From positions 192,001 through 256,000 of the forward strand of contig CAVQFQ010000017.1 in assembly GCA_963711835.1 (NCBI GenBank): a stretch of 64,000 bases of DNA. The letters are read 5' to 3'. Source of the DNA: an uncultured delta proteobacterium (GTDB taxonomy: Bacteria > Desulfobacterota > RBG-13-43-22). A model generated the notes under the pieces. It worked only from the letters and a program-made list of their open reading frames with translations. It was not told the origin of the DNA and did no database searches. Positions 1 through 9,820 of this stretch are shown one piece after another. The position numbers were made by a program, and so were the translations under genes. Every line of letters begins with the position of its first letter. Positions within the stretch are counted from its first letter, which is position 1.

Positions 1-702
1 AACAAAGGACCTTTTACGCTGGGACTATTTATGGCCATCTCCTTCTTGGGGGTCTTGCTGTTAATTTTTTCACCGATCTACGGCGGCGGCATGAACGGTC
101 TGGACTATGCCGACGACCTTTTCAACAAGCTGGCCAAAGGATCTTCCTATTTCATACCCAAATTGAAGGAAGCCAATAAAAACTTCCAGGGAAGAAACTT
201 TAACGCCGCCATCACCATAGACGATGCCAAAGAAGCCGGACAGGTCCAAAAACTTTTTACCGTCGCCGGTGCCGCCGTTGAAATGCAAGGGACGAACCTG
301 ACGATCAGCGGCGATTTGGGAAAGACCATGGAGGCCGCTTTGCGGGACGCCGATTATATGTTTAAGAACCAGGGCCAAGAGGTGATGGCCCCTTATGGAT
401 TCGATGAAAAGGAAGTCATGAAAAGCTGGTGGACCGGCTTGTCCAAGATGGACAAATTTTTTAAGAAGAACCTCAAGATCGAAGAGGCCAATCACATCTC
501 TGAAGTGAATAAAAAAGGGATCGAGCCGGCTTATAATTTTTATAAGGTGGAATCCCAGCGGGTGGCCGATCGGGCCGGGATCATGATCTTTTTACTGGTC
601 TTCTATGTGATTTATACCATGTGGTGGGGCTACGCCATTTTTTATCTTTTTGACGGCGTGGGATTAACCATGAAAAAGGCCAAGGTCAAGAAAGAGGTCT
701 GA
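1..702 (+). CDS. Membrane protein of the TauE-associated cluster (5' partial; frame is open from base 1: NKGPFTLGLFMAISF...)
   Basis: No stop upstream of the ATG at 31; N- and C-terminal TM helices flank a periplasmic domain; followed by a USP gene. Confidence 0.75.
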   Translation, partial: NKGPFTLGLFMAISFLGVLLLIFSPIYGGGMNGLDYADDLFNKLAKGSSYFIPKLKEANKNFQGRNFNAAITIDDAKEAGQVQKLFTVAGAAVEMQGTNLTISGDLGKTMEAALRDADYMFKNQGQEVMAPYGFDEKEVMKSWWTGLSKMDKFFKKNLKIEEANHISEVNKKGIEPAYNFYKVESQRVADRAGIMIFLLVFYVIYTMWWGYAIFYLFDGVGLTMKKAKVKKEV

Positions 703-735
703 TCTGACCCAAAGAACAGAACGGGAGGAGACCCC

Positions 736-1167
736 ATGAAAATATTAGCGGCCATAGACGGATCCAAAGATGCTATGCAGGGGGCCAGACTGGCCTTGGG
801 GATGGCCAAGGCCCAGGCAGCCGTGGTAACGCTGTTAGCCGTCATCCCGGTTTACCCTGATATTGACCTGGAAATCTCGGCCAGGGCGCGCGAATCCCTG
901 GACAGTAAATTGAGTTCCCAGGCGGAAAAGGCCTTGACCCAGGCCAAGGCCCTATTCCAGGACCAGGGAATAACCCCCAGGGCCCTGATCATCAGTGCCG
1001 GTTCCATCGCCGATGAAATCGTCAAGATGGCGGAGGAAGAGCAGGTTGATCTGATTGTCATCGGGAGTCGCGGCCTGGGGGCTACCGGACGGTTTACGCT
1101 GGGAGGAACGGCCATGAAGATCATCAGCCAAGCCCCCTCCTCGGTCTTGGTGGCTAGGGCAACCTAA
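736..1167 (+). CDS. Universal stress protein (UspA family)
   Basis: MKILAAIDGS N-terminus and DLIVIGSRGLG...LGGTA motif; GGAGG RBS. Confidence 0.92.
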   Translation: MKILAAIDGSKDAMQGARLALGMAKAQAAVVTLLAVIPVYPDIDLEISARARESLDSKLSSQAEKALTQAKALFQDQGITPRALIISAGSIADEIVKMAEEEQVDLIVIGSRGLGATGRFTLGGTAMKIISQAPSSVLVARAT

Positions 1168-1170
1168 ATG

Positions 1171-1209
1171 ATGAGGATCATCGCCAACTAATTTGGAGAT
1201 GATCCTCAT
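1171..1209. terminator. Hairpin between convergent genes, probable bidirectional terminator
   Basis: ATGAGGATCATC(1171-1182)...GATGATCCTCAT(1198-1209) perfect 12-bp stem followed by TTTTATT. Confidence 0.6.
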
Positions 1210-1213
1210 TTTA

Positions 1214-2311
1214 TTACTTGTCGGGATCGAAACAGTAATTTCCCCTCAGGAAGGCCTCGATGTGCCAGGAGACGATGGATTCATTGTTCATGACCATGTC
1301 CCGCTGGCGAACACAGCCCATCAGGCGGCCGATAAGATCCAACTGATGCTCCATTAAGGGCCCGGCTTTCCGAAGCAAGCGGGCTTCCACCAGGTCTTTC
1401 TGGACGACAACCTCAAAGTCCATATTTTCCAAAACAGCTCCGATAAAGCGGGCCCGGCGGGCCCGGCGGATATCATCGGCCGCCCCGCCCTTGAACATAA
1501 AGCGAATGTGGTTGTTCTCCGGGTACTCGGAGACATAGGCCTCTACGGAATTATAATGATAGCCCAAGCGGGAATTGTAATTCATATAATCCCTGGAGAG
1601 CAAGGCGTAGGTCTTGTCCCAAAAGTCTTCCTCGGGCCGGCTCGAACTTTGGGCCATGATGACCATTAACCCTTTTAAATTAACCCCGATAGGTCCGGAC
1701 CAGGTTATGCCCGGATAAACCATGCCCCGAAAGAGGGCCTGCATGGGCCGGGAAAGGATCTTTTCTCTGGGCAGGAGTTTCTTGTCGGTTTCTTCGGAAA
1801 TTCCGCCGTCCAGGTCCATGACGTGGAGATTGATCGGCAACCCGCTTTGGACTTTTTTGGCTTTTCCCCAACTGGGATCATAGCGATCCAGGAGATCGAA
1901 CATCCCTTCTATGGCCAGTTCATGGCCATAATCGAGGAGATCCGGGAGGGAAAGGAGTTCTTTACGGGGGAAAGGTCCGGCATTGGGAAAGTCATTGGCG
2001 TGGAGGGTTTGGAAAAAAGCAGCCCCGACTTTTTGATCAGGATTCCTTTGAATCAATTTCTGAATTTGCTGAAAGACCCTGACCAGATCCAACGAACAGG
2101 TGTTGCCGATCAGGTTAAGGGACTCCAGGGTAACCCCCAGGGGTAAGGCCAGGTCCTGCCGGGGGTCCCGGGGGTCCATTAAGATCTGCAGGGCTTCTCT
2201 TCGAGCCCCGAGCAATCTCAAAAAATGGCCATAAATGGTTTGGAAATTTTCTATTAAGGAGACCTTGGGTTTGGAATCCAGCTTTATCAGGTTTTTTAGC
2301 CAATTTTTCAT
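1214..2311 (-). CDS. Truncated PEP-synthase-like paralogue: N-terminal helix plus C-terminal domain, no ATP-grasp or phospho-His domain
   Basis: FQTIYGHFLRLL matches the N-termini of the 4025/7162 proteins; the C-terminus YNSRLGYHYNSVEAY..FMFKGGAADD..RQRDMVM matches theirs; RSSA.GED and TGH motifs are absent. Confidence 0.8.
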   Translation of the reverse strand: MKNWLKNLIKLDSKPKVSLIENFQTIYGHFLRLLGARREALQILMDPRDPRQDLALPLGVTLESLNLIGNTCSLDLVRVFQQIQKLIQRNPDQKVGAAFFQTLHANDFPNAGPFPRKELLSLPDLLDYGHELAIEGMFDLLDRYDPSWGKAKKVQSGLPINLHVMDLDGGISEETDKKLLPREKILSRPMQALFRGMVYPGITWSGPIGVNLKGLMVIMAQSSSRPEEDFWDKTYALLSRDYMNYNSRLGYHYNSVEAYVSEYPENNHIRFMFKGGAADDIRRARRARFIGAVLENMDFEVVVQKDLVEARLLRKAGPLMEHQLDLIGRLMGCVRQRDMVMNNESIVSWHIEAFLRGNYCFDPDK

Positions 2312-2464
2312 AGGAAAACCAACCCCCATTTGGGACGGGGTGATCCTTAATAGGTCAGGCCCTCATCCCGCCGGCAGCCTGAGACGGCAGGCTATTTTCA
2401 AGCTTGCTGAAAGCCCAGTTTTACTCTATTATCCTTCTATCTTCAAGAGTTATTAAGGGTCTCA

Positions 2465-2710
2465 TAATAGTCTTGACCTGAAATTGAGGAGCTTGCCTTA
2501 AATGGGACCGGGGGGTCTTTTTTTCTGGGTTGTCCACCTTCAAGCCCAAAGTCCCGCCTGGCGGGACAGGCCACCACTAATGCCCGAAACGGACTCGGGT
2601 GAATGCCCTGCACCTAACCCCTTTAGCCGTCCGGGCCGGGATAGGGCGATGAGTGACCCTTTGGACAACCCCAGAAAAGAAGACCCCCCGGTCCCTGTTG
2701 GTCACTATTA
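2465..2710 (-). repeat. Diverged copy of the nested-hairpin repeat core (2504-2695) in a different outer inverted repeat
   Basis: IR GGGACCGGGGGGTCTTTTTTTCTGGGTTGTCCA / TGGACAACCCCAGAAAAGAAGACCCCCCGGTCCC; internal GGGTGAATGCCC, TAATGCC, CCCGC..GCGGG and CCCTTTGGACAA match the reverse complement of the copies at 26.6 and 58.3 kb. Confidence 0.75.
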
Positions 2711-2738
2711 TTTTGAGACCCTTAATGAAAGGTCCTTT

Positions 2739-2927
2739 ATGACGGGCATCTTGGAATATTTAATCCGCCTGGCCGGTGACGCCGATCCCCTTCAAAAGGG
2801 TTTCCAGGCCCAGCCCGGGTATATCTTTTTTAACATCGTGATCCCAATTCTCCTGGGCGGGCTCCTGTCACGGATTACCGGGCCTATCGAACGTATTGTC
2901 GGCCGTCTGATCGGAAAAACCGGATAA
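2739..2927 (+). CDS. Small single-TM protein preceding TauE (positional analogue of DVU0150-type partner)
   Basis: ATG after GAAAGG; TM segment IFFNIVIPILLGGLL; ends 10 bp before tauE. The upstream extension in the ORF track runs through a repeat. Confidence 0.55.
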   Translation: MTGILEYLIRLAGDADPLQKGFQAQPGYIFFNIVIPILLGGLLSRITGPIERIVGRLIGKTG

Positions 2928-2937
2928 GGCCCCGGTT

Positions 2938-3894
2938 ATGGAGAGATTTCCCACCTTTTTCCCTATTGCGGACTATTGGGCCCGGCTCCAGGGGGGCGAA
3001 CCCCAGCTCCTGATCTGGGCTCTCCTGGTTTTTGGTCTGGTGGTCGGCATCTTGACCGGATTTTTTGGCGGCGGCGGCCGGTTTTTAATGGCTCCCCTGT
3101 TAAATACCCTTTTTAATGTCCCCTATAATGTAGCCGTCGGCAGCGATGTCTGTCAGATGGCCGGGACCTCCACACTGAATATCCTTCGTTTTAGACGGCT
3201 GAACAGTATCGATTTTAAGTTGGGGGCCTGGATGCTGGCCGGGACCGTCTTGGGGGTAGAAAGCGGGGCTCAACTCCTGGAAGGACTGAAAAAGGCCGGC
3301 CCTTTTTTCTTGTTTGGTAAAGCGATTTTCGTGATGCCGATCATCCTGGGGATCATCTATGGCGCCATCCTGGTCTGGATAGGCAGTGTGCTGTACCGGG
3401 AGGCTCGAACCGGTGCCGGGGACATGGCTTGTGAAGGCTTGATGACGGCTTCTCCTCCGGCCATGACTTCCAAGCTCCAACAACTCCATATCCCGCCCAT
3501 GATTTCATTACCGGTTTCAGGAATCGAGGCCATCTCCATTTGGATGATCCTCGGCATAGGCTTTATAACCGGACTGCTGGTCGGTTTTTTGGGCGGCGGC
3601 GGCGGATTTATACGGATGCCGGCCTTGATTTACGTCATCGGCTGTCCCATGGTAGTGGCGATCGGGACCGATCTCTTTGAAAGCGTTTTTTCCATGGGCT
3701 ACGGGACCTACAGCCATTCCCTGAAAGGGAATATCGATCTGCTGCTGGTGGTCCTGATTTTAATCAGCAGCGCTGTCGGCAATCAAATCGGAAGCCTGCT
3801 GGCCAGGCGGTTTTGCCACCCCCGGGTGCGGCAGGCCTTTGCTTACGTGGCCTTGTTGACGGTGCTGCTTATCCTTTTTAAACTTTTTCTTTAA
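2938..3894 (+). CDS. Sulfite exporter TauE/SafE (TSUP) family permease
   Basis: Duplicated G-F-F/L-G-G-G-G motifs, AVGSD/AIGTDL motifs, multiple TM helices. Confidence 0.9.
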   Translation: MERFPTFFPIADYWARLQGGEPQLLIWALLVFGLVVGILTGFFGGGGRFLMAPLLNTLFNVPYNVAVGSDVCQMAGTSTLNILRFRRLNSIDFKLGAWMLAGTVLGVESGAQLLEGLKKAGPFFLFGKAIFVMPIILGIIYGAILVWIGSVLYREARTGAGDMACEGLMTASPPAMTSKLQQLHIPPMISLPVSGIEAISIWMILGIGFITGLLVGFLGGGGGFIRMPALIYVIGCPMVVAIGTDLFESVFSMGYGTYSHSLKGNIDLLLVVLILISSAVGNQIGSLLARRFCHPRVRQAFAYVALLTVLLILFKLFL

Positions 3895-3903
3895 CCAATT
3901 GGC

Positions 3904-4009
3904 ATCGTTCAAAAGTTTGGGCATTATATTTCTGATACCGGAGGGAAGGGGACCGGTGGTCCCCAGTCAGGCAATAATGCGCCGGTGCCCAAACTTTTGA
4001 ACGATACTA
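3904..4009 (-). mobile_element. Empty-shell copy of a MITE-like element (terminal IRs only, core replaced by a mini-hairpin)
   Basis: ATCGTTCAAAAGTTTGGGCA...TGCCCAAACTTTTGAACGAT TIRs; both flanks match the ends of the 26598-26916 element; central GGGGACC-GGT-GGTCCCC. Confidence 0.8.
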
Positions 4010-4024
4010 ACCCATTCCTATCCC

Positions 4025-6628
4025 ATGTTTGATATTAAGGGCTATTTTAAAAAGCGGGCCGAAGGCAAGATCCAGAAGGCCGAAAAGGAGCGGGAGGCCG
4101 TCCGGCTGGCCTTTACCAACCGCTATCTGAATTTCAAGACCCTCTTGAGCCTCAATGATAAAGTCTTGGAGATCATGGCTGAAATGGAACAGGTCTTAAC
4201 CGGAAGCCGCAGTTTCGGTATGGCTTTCATCCGGGCCCATTGTACCGCCCTGTCGGTCAATCTCTTTAAAATCATTCAAAACCTCAATGAGATCACCGAG
4301 CAACGAAACCGAGCCCTTTTTCAAGCCTTTGACGGGATTTGGGAAAAGATCGACCGGGAATTAAATAGAAAAAAGAAAGCCTCTCAAGGGGCCTGGGTCC
4401 TGCCTCTTGAGTCCATCACTATGGAGACGGCCGATCAGGCCGGAAACAAGATGGCCCATTTGGGCGAAGTGAAAAACCGGCTGGGCCTTTCCGTACCGGA
4501 CGGTTTTGTCATCACCGCCGCGGCCTATGAGTTTTTTATGGACGGCAGCGGTCTCCAGGAAGAGATCAACCGTCGGATCCAGTTTCTGGAACCCGACAAT
4601 ATTGCCCAACTCCACGAAACCAGTGCCGAGATTCAAAAGATAATTGTCCAGACCGACCTGCCCCGAGAACTGGAAGAGGCCATCCGGACAGCCTATCGGG
4701 ATTTACTGAAAAAGGCCGGAAATGAGGTCCGGGTCTCCCTGCGCAGCAGCGCCCTGGGGGAAGATGCCGAGGGCGCCTCCTTCGCCGGTCAGTACCGTTC
4801 TATTCTGAATGTCAGTTCCGAATTTATGATGCTCTCCTATAAAGAAATCGTAGCCAGTAAATATTCGGTGCCCGCCATGGCCTACCGTTTGAATATGGGC
4901 TTCCTGGATGAAGATATCATTATGTGTGTCGGATGTATGACCATGGTTGAGGCCCTGGCGGCCGGGGTGATGTATTCGGCTGACCCGGGGGATTCCTTTC
5001 CAGACAGCATTGTGATTAATGCCGTCTGGGGGTTGGGCAAGGCGGTGGTGGACGGCAGTTTTACGCCGGATCTTTTTGTCCTCGGCAAACAAGATTTAGG
5101 GGTTTTCCGGCATAAAACCATTCAAAAGAAAGAACAGAAGATCGTTTGCCATGCCGAAGAAGGGACTTTATTTGAAGAGGTGGAGGTCCGGGACCAGGAA
5201 ACCCCGGCCTTGAGGGATGAACAGGCCCGGCGACTGGCCGAAATAGCCATCCACCTGGAGAACCATTTCCATACGCCTCAGGATATCGAATGGGCTCTGG
5301 AATCGGATGGGACGATCCGAATCCTGCAAAGCCGGCCCCTCATGGTTTCCGGCCAAACCAAGACTTCGGAACAGAAAGGGGCCGCCTTGGCCCCGGATCT
5401 CCCGGTGTTGGTTGAGGGGGGCATCACCGCCAGTCCCGGTGCCGCCTATGGGCCGGCCTTTCCGGTTGAGACGGCGGTGGATATGTTGCAGTTTCCGGCC
5501 GGCGGGGTTCTGGTGGCCAGGAATCCTTTGCCCCAATGGGCCGCTCTTTTGAATAAAGCAGTAGCAGTCATAACCGACCAGGGGGCCCTTACCGGACACC
5601 TGGCGGCCGTGGCCCGGGAATTCAAGATCCCGGCCCTGATGGGCCTTTCTTCGGCCTCCAGGACCATACGAAAGGGTGATTGGATTACGGTCGATGCCGA
5701 CGGGCAAAGGGTTTATGCCGGCCGGGCCGAGCTCCTCTTGGCGCGGGCCTCTGAAAAATCCAGCCTGATGAAAGGGAGCCCGGTTTATCAGACCCTGGAG
5801 CAGGTTTTGACTTATATCGCCCCGTTGCATTTGACCGATCCGGAAGGGTCTGATTTCACGCCGGAAGGCTGCCGGAGCCTCCATGATGTCATCCGCTATG
5901 CCCATGAAATGTCCCTGCGGGAGCTCTTTGATTATGATAAAGAGGTATCTTTTTCCGAGAAGGCGGCCAAAAAACTGATTTCCGATCTCCCGATGCAGTG
6001 GTGGGTGTTGGACCTGGAAGGAGGGATCAGACCGGGGCAGGACGGCCCTACCCTTGGGATCGAAGATATAACCTCTATCCCTTTATTGGCTTTGTGGGCG
6101 GGATTGAAGGCCTTTCCCTGGAAAGGACCCCCGGCGGTAGATGCCAAGGGATTCCTTTCCATCCTGGCCGAATCCGCTATGGACCCTTCTTTGGAAGGCG
6201 GGCAGGGCTCAACCCTGGCCGGGAAAAATTACCTGATCGTCTCCCGGGATTTTTTTCATCTCAGTACCAAGTTGGGGTTTCATTTTTCCACGGTAGAAGC
6301 TTTTCTGGGAGATCGGGTGGCTGAAAATTATGTCTGGTTCTATTTTAAAGGCGGGGCGGCCGATCGCCAGCGCAAGGAACAAAGGACCCGGTTGATAAAA
6401 ACGATTCTGGAAAGATTCCATTTCTGGGTTCAGATTAAGGGGGACATGATTTCGGCCCGACTCGAACGCCGGGAAAAAGGCTATTTGGTGGAACGCTTAA
6501 AGGTTTTGGGGTATCTTATCCTGCATACCCGGCAGTTGGATATGGTCCTGGCCGATAGCGGTCGCGTCAACTGGTATCTGGATAAGATGCTTAAGGAGCT
6601 GTCCGGTTTTATTGAAATACCAGACTAA
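4025..6628 (+). CDS. PEP/pyruvate-binding (PPDK_N ATP-grasp plus phospho-His domain) PEP-synthase-like protein
   Basis: GNKMAHLGEV, VSLRSSALGED, QDIEWA, LQSRPL, TGHLAAVAREFKIPA; non-canonical C-terminal domain. Confidence 0.9.
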   Translation: MFDIKGYFKKRAEGKIQKAEKEREAVRLAFTNRYLNFKTLLSLNDKVLEIMAEMEQVLTGSRSFGMAFIRAHCTALSVNLFKIIQNLNEITEQRNRALFQAFDGIWEKIDRELNRKKKASQGAWVLPLESITMETADQAGNKMAHLGEVKNRLGLSVPDGFVITAAAYEFFMDGSGLQEEINRRIQFLEPDNIAQLHETSAEIQKIIVQTDLPRELEEAIRTAYRDLLKKAGNEVRVSLRSSALGEDAEGASFAGQYRSILNVSSEFMMLSYKEIVASKYSVPAMAYRLNMGFLDEDIIMCVGCMTMVEALAAGVMYSADPGDSFPDSIVINAVWGLGKAVVDGSFTPDLFVLGKQDLGVFRHKTIQKKEQKIVCHAEEGTLFEEVEVRDQETPALRDEQARRLAEIAIHLENHFHTPQDIEWALESDGTIRILQSRPLMVSGQTKTSEQKGAALAPDLPVLVEGGITASPGAAYGPAFPVETAVDMLQFPAGGVLVARNPLPQWAALLNKAVAVITDQGALTGHLAAVAREFKIPALMGLSSASRTIRKGDWITVDADGQRVYAGRAELLLARASEKSSLMKGSPVYQTLEQVLTYIAPLHLTDPEGSDFTPEGCRSLHDVIRYAHEMSLRELFDYDKEVSFSEKAAKKLISDLPMQWWVLDLEGGIRPGQDGPTLGIEDITSIPLLALWAGLKAFPWKGPPAVDAKGFLSILAESAMDPSLEGGQGSTLAGKNYLIVSRDFFHLSTKLGFHFSTVEAFLGDRVAENYVWFYFKGGAADRQRKEQRTRLIKTILERFHFWVQIKGDMISARLERREKGYLVERLKVLGYLILHTRQLDMVLADSGRVNWYLDKMLKELSGFIEIPD

Positions 6629-6708
6629 TTGGTCGGATTCTATAAAAGGAACCAGGTCATTATCTTTGTTCAGGGTTTAATTCCTGGACGGGGAAAAAGG
6701 GGGACACC

Positions 6709-7101
6709 ATGAAGGGCATTCGCGTACTGTTAGTCGATGATGAAGAAGATTTTCGGGTCACCCTGGCTAAAAGACTTCAAAAAAGGGATTTGGAGGTGGT
6801 GGCGGTCGAAAGCGGCCGGCAGGCCCTGGAAGCGGTCAAGGGGCAGCCTCCGGATGTCGTTGTCCTGGATGTCAAGATGCCCGGGATGGACGGCCTGGAA
6901 ACCCTTCGGGAGCTGAAGCAGATTAACCCGTTAATCGAGGTGATTATGCTCACCGGCCACGCCTCGGTGGAATCGGGTATTGAGGGGATGCGCCTGGGGG
7001 CTTTTGATTATTTAATGAAGCCCTGCGACATCAATGATTTGGTCCTTAAGATCGGAGATGCCTACCAGCGGAGGCTGGCCCAGGAAGGGGCGCTCCAATA
7101 G
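6709..7101 (+). CDS. Stand-alone response regulator receiver protein
   Basis: LLVDDE, VVLDVKMPGMDG, LTGH and YLMKP motifs; 130 aa with no output domain. Confidence 0.93.
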   Translation: MKGIRVLLVDDEEDFRVTLAKRLQKRDLEVVAVESGRQALEAVKGQPPDVVVLDVKMPGMDGLETLRELKQINPLIEVIMLTGHASVESGIEGMRLGAFDYLMKPCDINDLVLKIGDAYQRRLAQEGALQ

Positions 7102-7161
7102 GCCGGCGGAGAATTCGGATAGGAGAGGATACCTCATGAAACGGTTTCCGGCATCACCGGC

Positions 7162-9753
7162 ATGTTGAAAAAGATCGCCTTCTTTAAGAACCGAAAAGCC
7201 CGAAAAGAAGGGCCTTCCAAGGATTACCTGGCCAGGCTGTTTCGCTTCAAATATTCCTCCTTTAAGATGCTGCTGGACTCGAACACCCAGTTCCTCAAGA
7301 TCATTACCGATATGGAAGAGAAGTTAAGGGGCCAGCAAGTCTTCGGCATGTCGTATGTCCGGACCCAAGCGGCTCGGGCCATCTTCCACGCCTTGAGGAT
7401 GGTCAAAAACCTGGATGACTTGTCGAATCACCGCTATCCGATTCTTTTTGATGCCCTGGAAGGAATCAATGTCCGGATTCAAGAGGAACTGGGGCCGAAG
7501 AAGGAGTTTGCCCTCCGCGCCCTGATTCTCGAATATTCCCAGATCAACAAGGAGATGGTGGATTGGGTGGGCGGGAAAAATGCCAACCTCGGGGAGGTCC
7601 AAAGCCGGGTCGGGTTGCCCATTCCTGAGGGATTTGCCATTACCACCCGGGCCTGTGAGACCTTCCTTTCCCATAGTGATCTCTTCGAAGAAATCAACGC
7701 CAAGAAAATGGAGATCGACCCCAATAACCCGGAGACCATTTCCCGGGCCAGCGAAGAGATCCGGGGCTTGATCCAATCGGCCGAAGTCCCCCTTGAGTTG
7801 GAGGCCGCCATCCGTGAGGCCTATGATCACCTGTCGGTCAGGATCCGGGAGAAAGGGGGGTCGGAAGAATTTCCTTTGGTTTCATTGCGGAGCAGTGCTA
7901 TCGGAGAAGACAGCGACCTTTCTTTCGCCGGGCAGTACCTTTCGGTATTGAACGTCAGGCCCGATCAGCTCCTGCCGACCTATAAACAGGTGGTGGCCAG
8001 CCTCTACACGCCCCGGGCCATGGCCTACCGTCTCAATAAAGGGATCCGGGATGAAGATATTGCCATGAGCGTAGCCTGTCTGCAGATGATCGATTCGGCG
8101 GCCAGCGGAGTCATCTATACCCATCATCCCTTTAATCTCCTGGAAGACCATATCATTATCACTGCGGTTTGGGGTCTCGGCCCGTATGCCGTGGAAGGAA
8201 AAATCACCCCGGATTCTTATACGGTGGACAAAAAGGATCTTCAGCACATCCTCATTACGGCCATTTCCCATAAGCCGGTGCAGCTTGTCAATCTGCCCGA
8301 GGGAGGCCTCCGGGAGATTCCGGTCGAGAAGGATGACCAGGACAGTCCCTGCCTGTCCCCGGAACAGATTAGCGCCCTGGCCGGCTATGCCCTTCAGTTG
8401 GAACAACACTACAAGAACCCCCAGGATATCGAATGGGCCTTGGATAAAGTGGGGCGTCTATTAGTCCTTCAATCCCGCCCCCTCCATGTCCGGTCTCCGG
8501 AAAGGGGCCTGAAAGCCATGCCGATGATAGCCGACCATCCCTTGCTGGTGGAGGATGGGGCCGTGGCTTATCCCGGTATCGGCTACGGACCGGCCTTCCA
8601 GGTTCATTCCGATGAAGATCTCCTGAATTTTCCCGAGGGGGCCGTTCTGGTGGCTAAACATTCTTCCCCTAAGTTTGTCCTGGTTATGAAAAGGGCGCGG
8701 GCCATCCTGACCGACCTGGGCAGCGTTACCGGGCATATGGCTTCTCTGGCCCGGGAGTTTGCCGTGCCGGCTCTTCTGGATACGAAGAATGCTACAACGG
8801 CCATCCCGACCGGCCTGGAGATAACGGTGGATGCCTATTCCGGAAGGGTTTATCAGGGGAAGGTCCCGGAACTGCTATCCTTCCAGAAGACCGTCGAGTC
8901 CCCTATGAAGGATACCCCGGTGTATCGGTCGTTGAGGAAAGCGGCCGACCTGATCGTTCCCCTGGTTCTGACGGATCCCAAGGCCCCCAACTTCGCCCCG
9001 GAACATTGCCGGACCCTCCATGATATCGGGCGCCTGGTCCACGAATTTTCCTATAAGGAAATGTTCCAGATCAGCGACCTGGTTTCCGGCAAAGAGGGGG
9101 TGGCCTTCAAACTGCAGGCCCGTATCCCCCTGGATCTCTATGTCATTGACTTGGGAGGCGGGTTACTCCGGGCCAGGGAAAAAATCAAGAAGGTGACCTT
9201 AGAAGACATCGCTTCCGTACCTTTTAAGGCCCTGCTGGCCGGCATGACCCACGAGGCTTTTCAGTGTTCCCAGGTACGGCCGGTCAGTTTTACCGGGTTT
9301 TTTTCCGTCATGCGGGAGCAGATGATGGCCCCTCCCCAAATGACCGATCGTTTTGGGGAACGAAGTTTTGCCATCATTTCGGATCACTATCTGAACTTCA
9401 GTTCCCGGGTAGGTTACCATTACAGCGTCCTGGATTCCTATTGCGGTCCGATCGTGAATATGAATTACATCACCTTTTCCTTTAAAGGGGGAGCGGCTGA
9501 TGATACCCGCCGGAACCGGCGGGTCCGGGGCATCGCCCTGATGCTCCAGAAACTGGATTTTGTGGTGGAGGCCAACGGGGACCGGGTGGATGCCCGTTTT
9601 CAAAAGTACCCCTGCGACTTGATCCAAGAAAAATTAGATCAGGTGGGACGATTGCTCCTCTATACCCGCCAGATGGACATGCTGATGCACAGCGAGGCCA
9701 GTGTGGAGGCCCTGGCTAAAAACTTCCTGGAGGGAAACTACACCCTGGAATAG
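7162..9753 (+). CDS. Second PEP-synthase-like (PPDK_N plus phospho-His) protein
   Basis: GGKNANLGEV, RSSAIGED, QDIEWA, TGHMASLAREFAVPA; paralogue of 4025-6628. Confidence 0.9.
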   Translation: MLKKIAFFKNRKARKEGPSKDYLARLFRFKYSSFKMLLDSNTQFLKIITDMEEKLRGQQVFGMSYVRTQAARAIFHALRMVKNLDDLSNHRYPILFDALEGINVRIQEELGPKKEFALRALILEYSQINKEMVDWVGGKNANLGEVQSRVGLPIPEGFAITTRACETFLSHSDLFEEINAKKMEIDPNNPETISRASEEIRGLIQSAEVPLELEAAIREAYDHLSVRIREKGGSEEFPLVSLRSSAIGEDSDLSFAGQYLSVLNVRPDQLLPTYKQVVASLYTPRAMAYRLNKGIRDEDIAMSVACLQMIDSAASGVIYTHHPFNLLEDHIIITAVWGLGPYAVEGKITPDSYTVDKKDLQHILITAISHKPVQLVNLPEGGLREIPVEKDDQDSPCLSPEQISALAGYALQLEQHYKNPQDIEWALDKVGRLLVLQSRPLHVRSPERGLKAMPMIADHPLLVEDGAVAYPGIGYGPAFQVHSDEDLLNFPEGAVLVAKHSSPKFVLVMKRARAILTDLGSVTGHMASLAREFAVPALLDTKNATTAIPTGLEITVDAYSGRVYQGKVPELLSFQKTVESPMKDTPVYRSLRKAADLIVPLVLTDPKAPNFAPEHCRTLHDIGRLVHEFSYKEMFQISDLVSGKEGVAFKLQARIPLDLYVIDLGGGLLRAREKIKKVTLEDIASVPFKALLAGMTHEAFQCSQVRPVSFTGFFSVMREQMMAPPQMTDRFGERSFAIISDHYLNFSSRVGYHYSVLDSYCGPIVNMNYITFSFKGGAADDTRRNRRVRGIALMLQKLDFVVEANGDRVDARFQKYPCDLIQEKLDQVGRLLLYTRQMDMLMHSEASVEALAKNFLEGNYTLE

Positions 9754-9820
9754 TGGAACGAAAAGATGCGGCCGAGGTCAAAGCGGAAAGGGGTTGGCCT
9801 TGGGAAGGCCCTGAGCGTCA

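Noticed and set aside
2502-2738. N-terminal extension of ORF 2502-2927
   Set aside because: It runs through the palindromic repeat; the ATG at 2739 has an RBS and gives a plausible small TM protein.
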